A stretch of DNA of 61,059 nt, the filler included, from Stramenopiles sp. TOSAG23-6 (Eukaryota), in NCBI GenBank assembly GCA_900128565.1. It is 13 parts of 13 records of this genome, joined end to end, with 100 filler letters (N's around TTAATTAATTAA, not from the genome) between each part and the next. Parts side by side here need not be neighbours in the genome. Positions count along the whole stretch, not along the records: positions 9,462 to 14,083 come from LT637111.1; positions 14,184 to 18,800 come from LT637112.1; positions 18,901 to 23,513 come from LT637113.1; 10 more parts are not named here. The stretch is one strand, 5' to 3'. The notes under the pieces are model-generated. The model worked only from the letters and a program-made list of their open reading frames with translations, did no database searches and had not been told where the DNA came from. The position numbers and the translations under genes are program-made. Of this stretch, positions 10,175-20,832 are shown one piece after another. Within the stretch, counting starts at the first letter, position 1. The number at the start of each line of letters is the position of its first letter.

Positions 10175-11923
10175 ATGAGTAGTACGTCTCTTATAAGTCG
10201 CAGAATTCCGATAAAAAGACAAAACCTTTTATTTGTTTTGGAAGTAGATTACCCGATGAATTCTACAAAACAAATGACAACAGTCACACGGGGCAGTGGT
10301 TGTCCCGTTGCACTTAATGCACTGAAAAGTTCTAAAGATAGAGAGATCAGACGTGCTCGTAAAATGCGTGTCCTACTAGTTTTCTGTAGTCCAAAAATCC
10401 CAGGTGGTGGAGCAGGTCTTCGATTGCAGAGTGAAGAACGTGCTATTAGAAAAGTATTCGCCCGAGCTCCACTTCGAGATAAATTTGAGCTCGATGTATT
10501 ACCAAGTGCTACGATTGATGACCTCTCAGAAGCTCTTCTTGCGAAAGATTATGATATTGTGCACTTTTCTGGTCACGCTGATATACTACTTCATGTAAGG
10601 CAACATATTGTCCAGCGATTTCGCAATAACTATGGTCCAATGGCTGATGAGGTATTACGTTCAGCAGATAGCACTACTAGAGATGCTATTGGCCACGCAG
10701 CATTGCATGTAACGCGTGGATTAGAAAAATCGGTTTCAGAAAAGGCCGTTGGAGTTGGAGGTACAATAAGAAAAGTAAGTGATCTAAAAAAAGGTGAAAA
10801 TGTTTGTGAAAATGTTTGTGCAACTTGCGCAGCGAAAACACAAACTGAAGATATTGTAATAAAGAATAACTTTCTAGCTCTCAAGTCAGCAGTAGAAAAT
10901 GTAGTTGAAGTAGATACGGATTCGGATGGTTTGAATGAAGCNCTTAATATTTCGCTTAATTTTTCAGATCTTATATCTCANGGAGCAGGTTCTATCGCTT
11001 TTGAAGACAATGATGGTAAACCACATTTCGTGAATGCAAAGGCTTTTGCAGATTTACTTTCTGCATATGCACCACCTGTTAGTGTGGTCATATTAAATGC
11101 GTGTGGTTCAAGTATAGCTGGTAGTATTATATCAGAATATCTACCATTTACAATATGTACATCTGGAAATTTAAAAGACAAAGATGCTGTTACCTGGTCC
11201 ACTGGCTTTTATAGTGCATTGGGTGCTGGCCATAGTGTAGAACATGCTTATTCAGAAGGAAGTAGACGAATTGCATTGCATGAACCGGTCAAGCAATACC
11301 CTAACACGAGAAATGTTTCTGTGAATTCTGAGAGTAGTCACCATCAGTCTAATCAATCCATTAGTCAATCTCAACGATCTCATAGTAACCCTAACCCTAA
11401 TCAATCTAACCCTAATCAATCTCATAGTACTAGTAGTTTTAGTAAAGACGAATCTTCTTCAAGCAATATGACTGGCGCAACAGAAAGTAAAGGAAGTAGA
11501 AGAGAAGTGAATATTCATACGAAAACAACTACAGATAGAAGAAGTCGTACACATAACCCTAACCCTAGGGTTAACCCTAGTTTTGTAGGTAATTTNGTAG
11601 GTAATAGTGGAGATAGTTCATCGACACTTCTTTTGCGAAATGAAAAATTAGTTGCAAAACGTAGAGAAAATGGTATTTTCCTAGGTGTACAAGAAGAAGT
11701 AAAATATCTCCGTGAACAAAATGGTCAGATGAAAAATGTTTTACAAGCAGGTTTGAAACATTTTGCAAAACAACATGAAGAGATTAANAGTCTTCGTAAN
11801 GCTTGTTACATTCGAAATGCCACAGAATTAGTTCAAAACCATATGAATAAGAAAATTAAAAATGTTGAGGACGAAAATGATAAAGTCTGTAGTGAATTAT
11901 CAATGTATGTATCTTCCATATAA
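10175..11923 (+). CDS. CHAT (caspase-HetF-like) domain protein with C-terminal coiled coil
   Basis: LRLQSEERAI, ATIDDL..YDIVHFSGH, VVILNACGS His/Cys motifs. Confidence 0.75.
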   Translation: MSSTSLISRRIPIKRQNLLFVLEVDYPMNSTKQMTTVTRGSGCPVALNALKSSKDREIRRARKMRVLLVFCSPKIPGGGAGLRLQSEERAIRKVFARAPLRDKFELDVLPSATIDDLSEALLAKDYDIVHFSGHADILLHVRQHIVQRFRNNYGPMADEVLRSADSTTRDAIGHAALHVTRGLEKSVSEKAVGVGGTIRKVSDLKKGENVCENVCATCAAKTQTEDIVIKNNFLALKSAVENVVEVDTDSDGLNEXLNISLNFSDLISXGAGSIAFEDNDGKPHFVNAKAFADLLSAYAPPVSVVILNACGSSIAGSIISEYLPFTICTSGNLKDKDAVTWSTGFYSALGAGHSVEHAYSEGSRRIALHEPVKQYPNTRNVSVNSESSHHQSNQSISQSQRSHSNPNPNQSNPNQSHSTSSFSKDESSSSNMTGATESKGSRREVNIHTKTTTDRRSRTHNPNPRVNPSFVGNXVGNSGDSSSTLLLRNEKLVAKRRENGIFLGVQEEVKYLREQNGQMKNVLQAGLKHFAKQHEEIXSLRXACYIRNATELVQNHMNKKIKNVEDENDKVCSELSMYVSSI

Positions 11924-12090
11924 ATCGTTGGTAGTGTATTTGTTTATATACCTTACTTATAAAAATATATGTTTTTTAATATGAATTCTTATGTGTTTTG
12001 TTTATTTACATGGTTACTGTTTTTATTTCTTTATCTCGATTTTATATATTTATAATACTCAATAAATNAACATTGCAATATCTATTTTGT

Positions 12091-12170
12091 TTTTAACAAT
12101 TGACTAAAATATCATCTATAAAATAAATTGTTTGAACAATTGACTAAAATATCATCTATAAAATAAATTT
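12091..12170. repeat. 40-nt tandem duplication overlapping the HslU stop codon
   Basis: AACAATTGACTAAAATATCATCTATAAAATAAATT occurs twice. Confidence 0.85.
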
Positions 12171-13968
12171 AGTTAGGTCCATCTTTGTCAACATGGAGCC
12201 AAGTTTTTCATCCACATCTTTGGNAGTAATTGTTACAGTTGAATCAGGCTTCATGTCCGAAGCGTCAAAAGATATATCATCCATCATTCTCTCCATGACN
12301 GTATGAAGACGCCGAGCACCAATATTTTCGACTTGAGTATTCATCTCTGCTGCAACATGCGCAATTCTTTGNATTGCTTCATCCTCAAAGACAAGTTTTA
12401 CACCATCTGTTTCAAGTAAAGCAATTTGTTGACGAATCATATTCACTTCTGGTTCAGTAAGTATACGTAAAAGATCTTTTTCTTTCAGACCATTCAATTC
12501 NACACGAATNGGAAGACGTCCCTGTAACTCTGGTAAAAGATCAGCGGGNTTACAATGATGGAAAGCACCAGATGCGATAAATAATATGTAATCTGTATTT
12601 ATGTTACCATGTTTGGTATTGATAGTGGAACCTTCAATTAAAGGCAACAAATCACGTTGCACGCCTTCATCAGANGCATCACCTGAATTACGACTACCCT
12701 CCGCATTGCAAATTTTATCTATCTCATCGATGAAAACGATACCATTTTGTTCTACTAGTTTTATTGCATCTGCAGTTAAATCACTATCGTCCAATATTTT
12801 TTCGATTTCATAATTTTCCAAAGATTTCCGAGCATCTGGAACCAACATTTTTTTTGTCTTCATTGTAGGTGTCGGTGGACTTCCAGCATTTCCACGACCT
12901 TGNAGCTTACTAATTAAATCAGCAATAGGAACTGCGCTAATACCATTTGCATCGCCACCACCAGCCATCAACGTCTGGTTGCCTGGAGGGGTAACAGGAA
13001 TCTCAACTTCGACTGCAATTTTATCGAGTTCTTTACTATGATACATTTTAAGCCACTTTTGCATATCATCTGGNTCTTCTGAACCAACTANCTGTTGAAT
13101 AATTTGGTTTGCTACTTTATCCTGAACCATAGGTAAAAGAGCTTCCCGTTTTAGCTTTCGCATTAAAGTAATGTATTGTAAAAAAAAAGTCAAATTTCAA
13201 ATTCATTAGTCATAACAAAAATTACAAAAAAATTGTCTAGAAAAAAATCTAAAATTACAAAACAANTTGTCTAAAAAAAAATCTAAACTTCTTAATAAAA
13301 ACATACATGCCCTGTTCCACAAGGTCTCGAATGATCATATCCACGTCACGACCGTGAAAACCAACTTCAGTGAATTTCGTTGCTTCGACTTTTAGAAAAG
13401 GTGCATTAGCAATCTTACTCAATCTCCGTGCTACTTCAGTTTTTCCACAACCAGTTGGGCCAATCATGAGAATATTACGTGGCATTACTTCCTTTTGGAG
13501 TTCNTCGGGAAGTTGCTGACGCCGCCAGCGATTTCTCATGGCAACTGCCACAGCTCGCTTTGCGTCAGACTGTCCTACAATATGCCTCTCGAGTTCAGTG
13601 ACAATTTCGCTAGGTTTCATATTTTTCAGTTCTACAACTTTTGACATGACTGCTTTAACAGTTATTTCACTGTTATCTTCAACTAGACCAGACACTAAAG
13701 GATCCTTTTTTTTACTGCCCGAAGTGTCCCCATTCGTCGTGTCTGTAGAACTGGGGCCAGTTGATAAAGATTGTATACCTTGACGTGAAAACACAGCTGA
13801 GTGATTTCTTAAAATGGGTGTACCCGCCAAGATGCCATCAGACGCAGGAGAGCGAGCAGATGTATGTAATGAACGAATACAAATAGGAATAGTTCCTGTA
13901 GACCATTGCGTAGACCGCTTACCAAAGCTAGATAGAATACATCGAGCTGTTGCACCAGCAGAACTCAT
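12156..13968 (-). CDS. hslU: ATP-dependent protease ATPase HslU/ClpY (organellar); exons 13968-13307, 13170-12156
   Basis: [57 protein letters not shown]; transit-peptide-like N-terminus. Confidence 0.95.
13171..13306 (-). other. Diverged GT-AT intron, phase 2
   Basis: GGC AT|GTATGTTTT...TACAATACAT|T ACT gives RDLVEQGITLMR; branch-like TGACTAAT. Confidence 0.85.
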
Positions 13969-14183
13969 ATTCTAGAAGAACAGCTAATGTATTTTATATA
14001 TTGGAAGTCGAGCTGATGATCCCTTTTTGTGTGCCTCTTTTTTGGAAAGTTTTTTGACGCGAGTTTTCCGAGTTTTCCGGAATNNNNNNNNNNNNNNNNN
14101 NNNNNNNNNNNNNNNNNNNNNNNNNNNTTAATTAATTAANNNNNNNNNNNNNNNNNNNNNNNNNNNNNNNNNNNNNNNNNNNN

Positions 14184-14300
14184 ATGTATTTTGGAAAAAT
14201 ATTTCAAAAAAAAACTAAAAAAAATTGTTAGGTACAAAATTTTTATAAAAAACCAAAAAAAAAAAAATCGATTTTTTGTAAAAAATAAAATAAAACATAC
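14184..14300 (-). mobile_element. GT-AT introner-like intron at contig end
   Basis: Full consensus; interrupts ThrRS just after LQRV, at the Tyr codon of the LQR(I/V)YG motif. Confidence 0.8.
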
Positions 14301-15405
14301 AAACCCTTTGTAGTAAAATATCTGAATTATCAATGACAACATTTTTTTTTTTCATACCTAATTTTGTACTATTTTTTGTATTTTCTGTATTTTTTGTATT
14401 TTTTGTATTTTTTGTATTTTTTTTTTCTGTAGGTGTTGTAGGTTCTCGCCAATGAGAACCTGCACAACGATTTAACTGAAAAGCACCAATTTTTTTTGTA
14501 TGAGGAATATGAGGTCCTCTACATAAATCAATAAATCGACCATTTCGATACGCTGTTATGACATCACCTTTAGGAATAGCATTGATTAATTGTATTTTAA
14601 ATGGATTATCAGAAAATAATAATAGAGCTTCCTCTCTTGTTATTTCTAACCGAAAAAAATTTTGTTTTTCACTTGTAATTGATTTTACAATTTTTTCAAT
14701 TTCTTCAAAATTTTCATCACTAACTGTTGAACCATTTTTTGTATTAAATTCATAAAAAAAACCACCTGTACCATCTACTTCATATGTAGACGAGTCAACT
14801 AAAGGTGGTCCATGGGTTAGGTGAACACTTCCATCAGGAAAAAGTGTCTCAATGGCTTGTCCTAAACAATGCGAAGCCGAATGCCAAAATGTAGCTTGGC
14901 CTTCTTTTGAATCAAAGTTCAATAATTCAACTTGGAGAGGTTTCGAGTCACCGTCACCATCATCATTGTCTATTGATATTGGTACTGATAGATCCTGTAA
15001 TTTTCCATTCACTCTAGCAACTAAAGCACTGCCAATTTTATTACCTAATAATGAAGAAACAGAGTCGAAACCAGCGACACCTTTGTATATCTTTTCTGAG
15101 TTATTTAACTGTATTGACACTGTCCTATCTTTATTAGTATTATTACAAGATATATCATGAACATTACGCGATTTCATGATATCATCCCATACTGAAATAC
15201 GAGTGTCAATAACTGACCTTGAAGAAGAAGAAGAAGAAGAAGTGTCTGTGCTCATGGAACACTTACCCCCGGGTTGAATGGAGGGCGACGACGTACGTGA
15301 AATATATACGGACGAAGAGCCATGGAACAACTTCTTTCCACGAATAGAAGGTGATGCTATCCAATGAGATATCATTGGTGTGCGTAATCTACAAAGGCAT
15401 GACAT
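14301..15405 (-). CDS. TARS: Threonyl-tRNA synthetase N-terminal part (TGS and editing domain), probably organellar
   Basis: FWHSASHCLGQA, GFFYEF, FIDLCRGPHIPHT, LLQRV. Confidence 0.9.
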
Positions 15406-15721
15406 GTTTCGGTACGAAGTTTTCAAAAAATGTAATACATTCGTAATGTACTTTACTGACTGAAAGCTCGAGGTTTGTCCTGGCACCACGTGTTGAACTT
15501 GATGATGATGTTTTCGTGTTTTTCGTTTGACCTCGACGACCTCTTGTGTGATTTTCGTTTTTCGTGTAGTAAGGTCAGATGATATATCATATATGATATA
15601 GGCCAGATTGTATTGGATAGCAAATTTCTTCAATTTATTTAAGCTAATATTATTTTCATATTAGCGAGATTTCTATTCAAATGAATCGAATTTTTTAGTT
15701 CCTTATTATTCCATTGTTCCC

Positions 15722-16132
15722 ATGCCTTCTCATGGTAAAGTGTATGCAATTTCAGAAATAGTTGGTTCCTCATCAACGGGTGCTCCGGTAGTTGAGTGCG
15801 GTGCATCCGTACGTACATCTGGTAAAGTCACTAAATATGATGCACGTCTAGATGAAGTAACTATTGAGAGTGACGTCTATCTTACAGATAAAACCCATAG
15901 TGTAGATAAGGTATTTTGTCTAGTCGTGGATACGTCACTAGTGAGTGGTGGAACAATACCTTTTGCGATTGGGTCAAAGTTAGAATTTATTGGGGAAATT
16001 CAGACGAAAAAGAACTCGAAAGAACGTATTTTAGTATCAAGGACAGTCCAAAATATCGACCAGCGAGATGATGATCTCTTTTACAAAGCTCTAAAAATCA
16101 AACGCAGATATTTGAAAACACTGGGACTGTAG
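15722..16132 (+). CDS. TEN1: CST complex subunit TEN1-like OB-fold protein
   Basis: GASVRTSGKVTKYD..LVVDTSLV..GSKLEFIGEI..SRTVQNID..LFYKAL pattern and size match TEN1. Confidence 0.7.
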   Translation: MPSHGKVYAISEIVGSSSTGAPVVECGASVRTSGKVTKYDARLDEVTIESDVYLTDKTHSVDKVFCLVVDTSLVSGGTIPFAIGSKLEFIGEIQTKKNSKERILVSRTVQNIDQRDDDLFYKALKIKRRYLKTLGL

Positions 16133-16444
16133 CAGTATAGCTACGTATTATTTGTTAAATATAAAATATTTTGAAAAAGTAACTCTGTTGAAAATCGTCG
16201 AAAATAGAAACAAAAAACAAAAAACAAATTGTGATCATTATTTTATTCTCAAACGTTTTCTTTGCTTAGTCAATTCTTTATTCTTTTTCCATCAAAATTT
16301 TGATGATTGTATCAAGTTTTTAATGTATATAAACATCACTAAAACACCTTGGAGTATTTCCATACAAAATATAACTTTCGGTAAGTCAAACACGTACACC
16401 CAAGTGCTAAGGTCTGTACAACATTATTTAGCGTTATGGGTTCA

Positions 16445-18114
16445 TTATAAGTTCAGCCGCAGATTACAATGATTAAGATTTTGACATAACTTTTGAAGAT
16501 TATGGAATAATAACCTTTTTGCTAATTTGTCATAATGGCATGAATACTTTTCATGTGTGACTATATTTAGATCAACTAACAATAAAACACGCATTTCTCC
16601 ATCATCATCAAGATTTTGAAGTAATTGCTTCACTGCTTCGCCGTTAAGCATCCTCGTATCCTGTTTATTCACAGACAGTAAATATAGTCCGTGTAAACGT
16701 GAACCAATATTGTTGTCATCAATGTATAATCGAACAATGTTTCCGCCCGTGCACCTAGATGTTATTCCCAACAAGTGTATTCCATCTGGAAGAGGTTCTA
16801 ACGAAAACTTCATACCACTAATTCGCCCTTGAGGAAGCATCACACGTATGAAGCCACTATCCTTTATGTTTGCTTTAAGCTCCATTAATGCAAGATCAGT
16901 ATCTACATGAAGTTCAATTTTAATACTATCATCAAAATTGAATTTTTTACTTTGTTTCATTGAGTTGGAATATCGCTCATGTTTACTAACTTTTTTGGAA
17001 CATTCACTTGGTAGGATTTTGGTTGCAATTCCAGTTTTCGTTAGTCTTCTCCCCAACGATTGTGTAATCCTGTTACAATTATTTTCTTTTACTTCAAAAA
17101 TATCGTTTCTATTTTTTTTTTTAGGAATAATTGGGTTATAATCCGAAGCTAGTTGGGTAAGGGCGTCAGTTAGAATACTTATGCATTTTGTATTTGTTTG
17201 AAAAATCGGGGATTCCACATGTGACACATGTGTATTTTTTGGCTTTAGTGTTGGAGTTGCTACTGAAGCTTGGACAATTTTTTTATCAGTAGTTTCTGAA
17301 GAATGAAAACTCGATGTTTTATCTTTTGTTTCTTCGTCGATACTTTTGCACATCTTTTGTAAATCAACTTCAACCTTTGGGCTGTTTGAATCGGATGGCG
17401 ATTTTTCTACTAATGGAGGTAATGGTGGAGGAGGTGGTGGGATATCATCTAACCAGGAATCGTCCTCATCACTTTGTGAAATCTTAATTTCTTCTGGAGC
17501 ATGGCCGTCCATAATTGCAAAAAGACAACTCATTCCGCGCAATTCAAAAAACGAATCATTTTTTTTACTTTCCGCGTTTTTCATATGCCTATCAGTGTCT
17601 ATTTGACTTGATTTTATCACTTGTTTACTCATGTGGACGGGTTTATTTTCCGCACTTATTTTAATATTTGTGAGTGTTTTACGAGCTGAAACTACTGACT
17701 TTGCTATACTTTCTATCTGAGACCGTTTTTTTTTTTTTTTCTGTTGATGTATCTTCATATTAAAATTCTTTACAAATTGCATTCCTGAGTGCGAAGAACA
17801 TCTTTGAGTTACACAACCCAAAAGACTAACAGCAGTACTCACATCAAGCTTAATATCAGCATCTTGCATGAGATCAAAAATTTCATCCGTACGCTCTAGC
17901 AAAGCGTTGCTACAACACATTCTCAAAATGGCAACAACTTTTATAGGACAACGAAGGATCAGACGAATTTTTGCATTTGGAGGTGCAATGGATATTTCAT
18001 TATTATCATTAAGATTCAGAACCCGATCGGAATTAGAAATCTGTATTTTGTAAAAATATTTCAAACATTTTCAGAAATTTGTTAGGTACAACATTTTCAT
18101 TTTTTTTTTACACG

Positions 18115-18151
<37 letters not shown>

Positions 18152-18654
18152 GAGTTAGGTACAACATTTTCTAGTAAAAACAAATTACTTCTTTCAAATC
18201 GTGTAAAAGTTTCCAAACACCTGCGATGTTAGGTTTTGCGTTACCCGCTCCACAATAACGTGTAATCGATGCATTGATGCGTTTTACATCATTATTTACA
18301 TTTTCTTGTACACGTGACAAACCTGCCATGGCTTTTTGTTCCGCCTTTTCCGCTGGTGTTAACTTTTTTTTTTTTGCTGTTTTTTTATTTTTTTTAGTGT
18401 TTTTAGAATTTTTACTTTTTCCATTGTTCTGATTATTTGATATTGTATTTGACTCAACTTCCTCAATATCCATTTTATCAGGCTCTACACCAGCAAACGC
18501 AAGCATTCGAGCGGTAGCAGCCATTTTAGAGAGATGTTTTGTACGACCATACCCTAGAGCATACATTGAATCATATTCACAAGTTGTCACGAAATCTCCA
18601 TCGCGCCCCGAAGGTTTATCAAAATCTCGATCTGTTGTTCTAGATGTTTTGTAC
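16445..18654 (-). CDS. Hypothetical protein, 5'-truncated; exons 18654-18189, 18040-16445; PPR-like helical segment, Pro-rich tract
   Basis: Two ORFs join in phase 0 across intron 18041-18188. Confidence 0.55.
18041..18188 (-). mobile_element. Family intron with AG acceptor (GT-AG), two TACCTAAC modules
   Basis: GAA|GTAATTTG...AAATATTTTTACAAAATACAG|ATT, phase 0. Confidence 0.75.
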
Positions 18655-18800
18655 ATGTATTGTGGAAAAATATTTCAAATTGTTTTTCGTTAGGTACAAA
18701 ATTTTTATAAAAAAAAAAATCGATTTTTGTGTAAAAAAGAAAATGAAATATTTCAAAAAAAAATTCTAAAAAATTTGTTAGGTACAAAATTTCGTACGAA
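18655..18800 (-). mobile_element. 3' part of a GT-AT family intron with duplicated branch module
   Basis: ...CCACAATACAT|G; GTACCTAAC twice. Confidence 0.75.
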
Positions 18801-19026
18801 NNNNNNNNNNNNNNNNNNNNNNNNNNNNNNNNNNNNNNNNNNNNTTAATTAATTAANNNNNNNNNNNNNNNNNNNNNNNNNNNNNNNNNNNNNNNNNNNN
18901 AAAAGTAATAAATCTCAAATTGAAATGAATGATGAAAACGTACTAACAAAAAAAAATCGTTTTTGTTTAGGTACAAAATTTTGTATGAAAAAAATTATAA
19001 ATTTGAAATGAATGATGAAAACGTAC

Positions 19027-19699
19027 ATGAATCTTCGCCTCTTCTCTGCAGGGTTTCCATTACTACATCTGCTAACCCTGGAGCATCCATATATGAATAC
19101 GAGTATTCATTTTGTTCGCATGGTTTTCTTTTCATGAATAAACAATGAAAACTAGCAAGTAGCATAGAAAAAATGTCATAAAATGTTTTTTTATCTTTGG
19201 CCTTGATGATATATCGGAACCAGCTTCTTTTAGTGCTCAAGTTACCTTTAGTTCTTAAAAGTTTCAGTAATTTTCGATTAGAAATAACTCCAAAATGTTT
19301 TTTATATAATCCTAGAGATTCGCAAAGTTTAATGCATAAGACAATTCCTGTTGTAGCTAATGGGTAAAATGTTGATCCGTCAGTTTTTGTTGAAGCCTCA
19401 GAAATATCCTGAAGCATTCTCTCACATCCATGAGTATAGCTTGATGCAAAATACACTAGGCATTCTAATCCTAAAATTCCTCCAGCTCGAAGATCTGTTA
19501 AGGGATCTTTCCCCTGGAAACCTATTTGTTTCCACTTCTCACTTTCTTCTTCAAAGTCATGAAGCGGAAGCAGCACACGCCAATAACTTCGTAAAAGTCT
19601 CATGTGCCGGTCATTGCTTTTATCAAAATCTGTTTTACAAGCAATATGTAGCATATGAATCCCTTCCCCTTGATTTTCGTTACACGGCAAATTACCCAT
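19027..19699 (-). CDS. ELMO/CED-12 domain (ELMOD-like) protein, first exon; family donor at 19026
   Basis: WKQIGFQGKDPLTDLRAGGILGLECLVYF, YPLATTGI. Confidence 0.85.
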
Positions 19700-20016
19700 T
19701 TAAACGAACTATAACTAACTATTGTATCTTTGAGGTTTTGAGGTTCAAAGATACTGAACTCCTACTATATGTGACAGAGAAAGTTTGCCAGTCAGAAAAT
19801 TTTCTGACACCCCCGGTCCCAAAAACGACTCAGATTTCGTGGGGTGCAAAAACAGTCAAAAAACATCGTCCGGTTTCCGGTCGCAACGAACTTCGAAGTT
19901 CAACCGCAACGAACGTCACACACGATACTTATACAATTAATAACAGAGGACTTGGTCAAACAACGAGAAAACAAGCAAATACTCATCCTCGAGTGAATTT
20001 TAGAGTTGATTAGCTA

Positions 20017-20547
20017 ATGGCTGTTGTTGGCCGCAAGGGCATTGGTATCCCAACGCTTATTTTACATGAAACTGAGAATCATACTGTAACAGTTGAGCTA
20101 AAAAATGGAAATACATATCAAGGTTTCCTAGCGGAAACAGAGGACAACTGGAATATGCTTATTACAAATGTTGAATTGACACGAGCAGACGGACGTCAAT
20201 CAAAACTTCATACAGCGTATATTCGTGGCGATCAAGTTTGTTTTATAGCTTTACCTCCAATGCTACAGAACGCGCCGATGTTTAAACGTGTTCTAGATTT
20301 TAGGAATGGAAAACCTCCCCCAAAGGGCGATGGCCTATCGTGTAAAAAAGAGAGATTAGCAGAAAAGAGAGTAACTGATCTTACCAGATTTACAAAAGCT
20401 GGTGAATACGGAACTAGAGCTGTATCTAAAATTGTATGTATGAACTGCCGTAAAACTGGTCATTATGCGAGGGAGTGTCCAGTCTGTCTGCATTGCGGCA
20501 AGAATGGGCATTTGAAAAAGGACTGTCCGTTGTTACAGCGATTTTAA
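20017..20547 (+). CDS. SNRPD3: SmD3-like snRNP protein with two C-terminal CCHC zinc knuckles
   Basis: IGIPTLILHE..VTVELKNGNTYQG..EDNWN..YIRG..LPPMLQNAPMFK; CMNCRKTGHYAREC, CLHCGKNGHLKKDC. Confidence 0.85.
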   Translation: MAVVGRKGIGIPTLILHETENHTVTVELKNGNTYQGFLAETEDNWNMLITNVELTRADGRQSKLHTAYIRGDQVCFIALPPMLQNAPMFKRVLDFRNGKPPPKGDGLSCKKERLAEKRVTDLTRFTKAGEYGTRAVSKIVCMNCRKTGHYARECPVCLHCGKNGHLKKDCPLLQRF

Positions 20548-20692
20548 TTTTATTAAAAGATTTACAATCATTAAAGATGTATAAACGTATGTATGTGTGA
20601 GATTTTTATCATATATTTTTGAGCAGCAAATGTTTGAATATTATTATATTTCATATTTTGCTTCCAACTTGTGTCAATTGATCTGATGATTG

Positions 20693-20710
20693 TAGGGTTA
20701 GGGTTAGGGT
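20693..20710 (+). repeat. TTAGGG tract upstream of EMC1
   Basis: TAGGGTTAGGGTTAGGGT. Confidence 0.75.
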
Positions 20711-20832
20711 ATTTGCTATTTTTTTCTTCGCAAGTCTCTAATCAATGTTCTATTTAGACTCAAAGCGCACGCAACTTGCGTAATATTTATTTAGACCCAA
20801 AGCAAATAGATATCGATTTGACACAGACTTAA

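Noticed and set aside
10943-13504. Scattered single N bases in the CHAT and HslU genes
   Set aside because: Likely masked polymorphisms from a mixed assembly; not evidence of editing or pseudogenisation.
19360-20013. 217-aa + strand ORF
   Set aside because: Antisense overlap with ELMOD plus promoter DNA; no recognisable motif.
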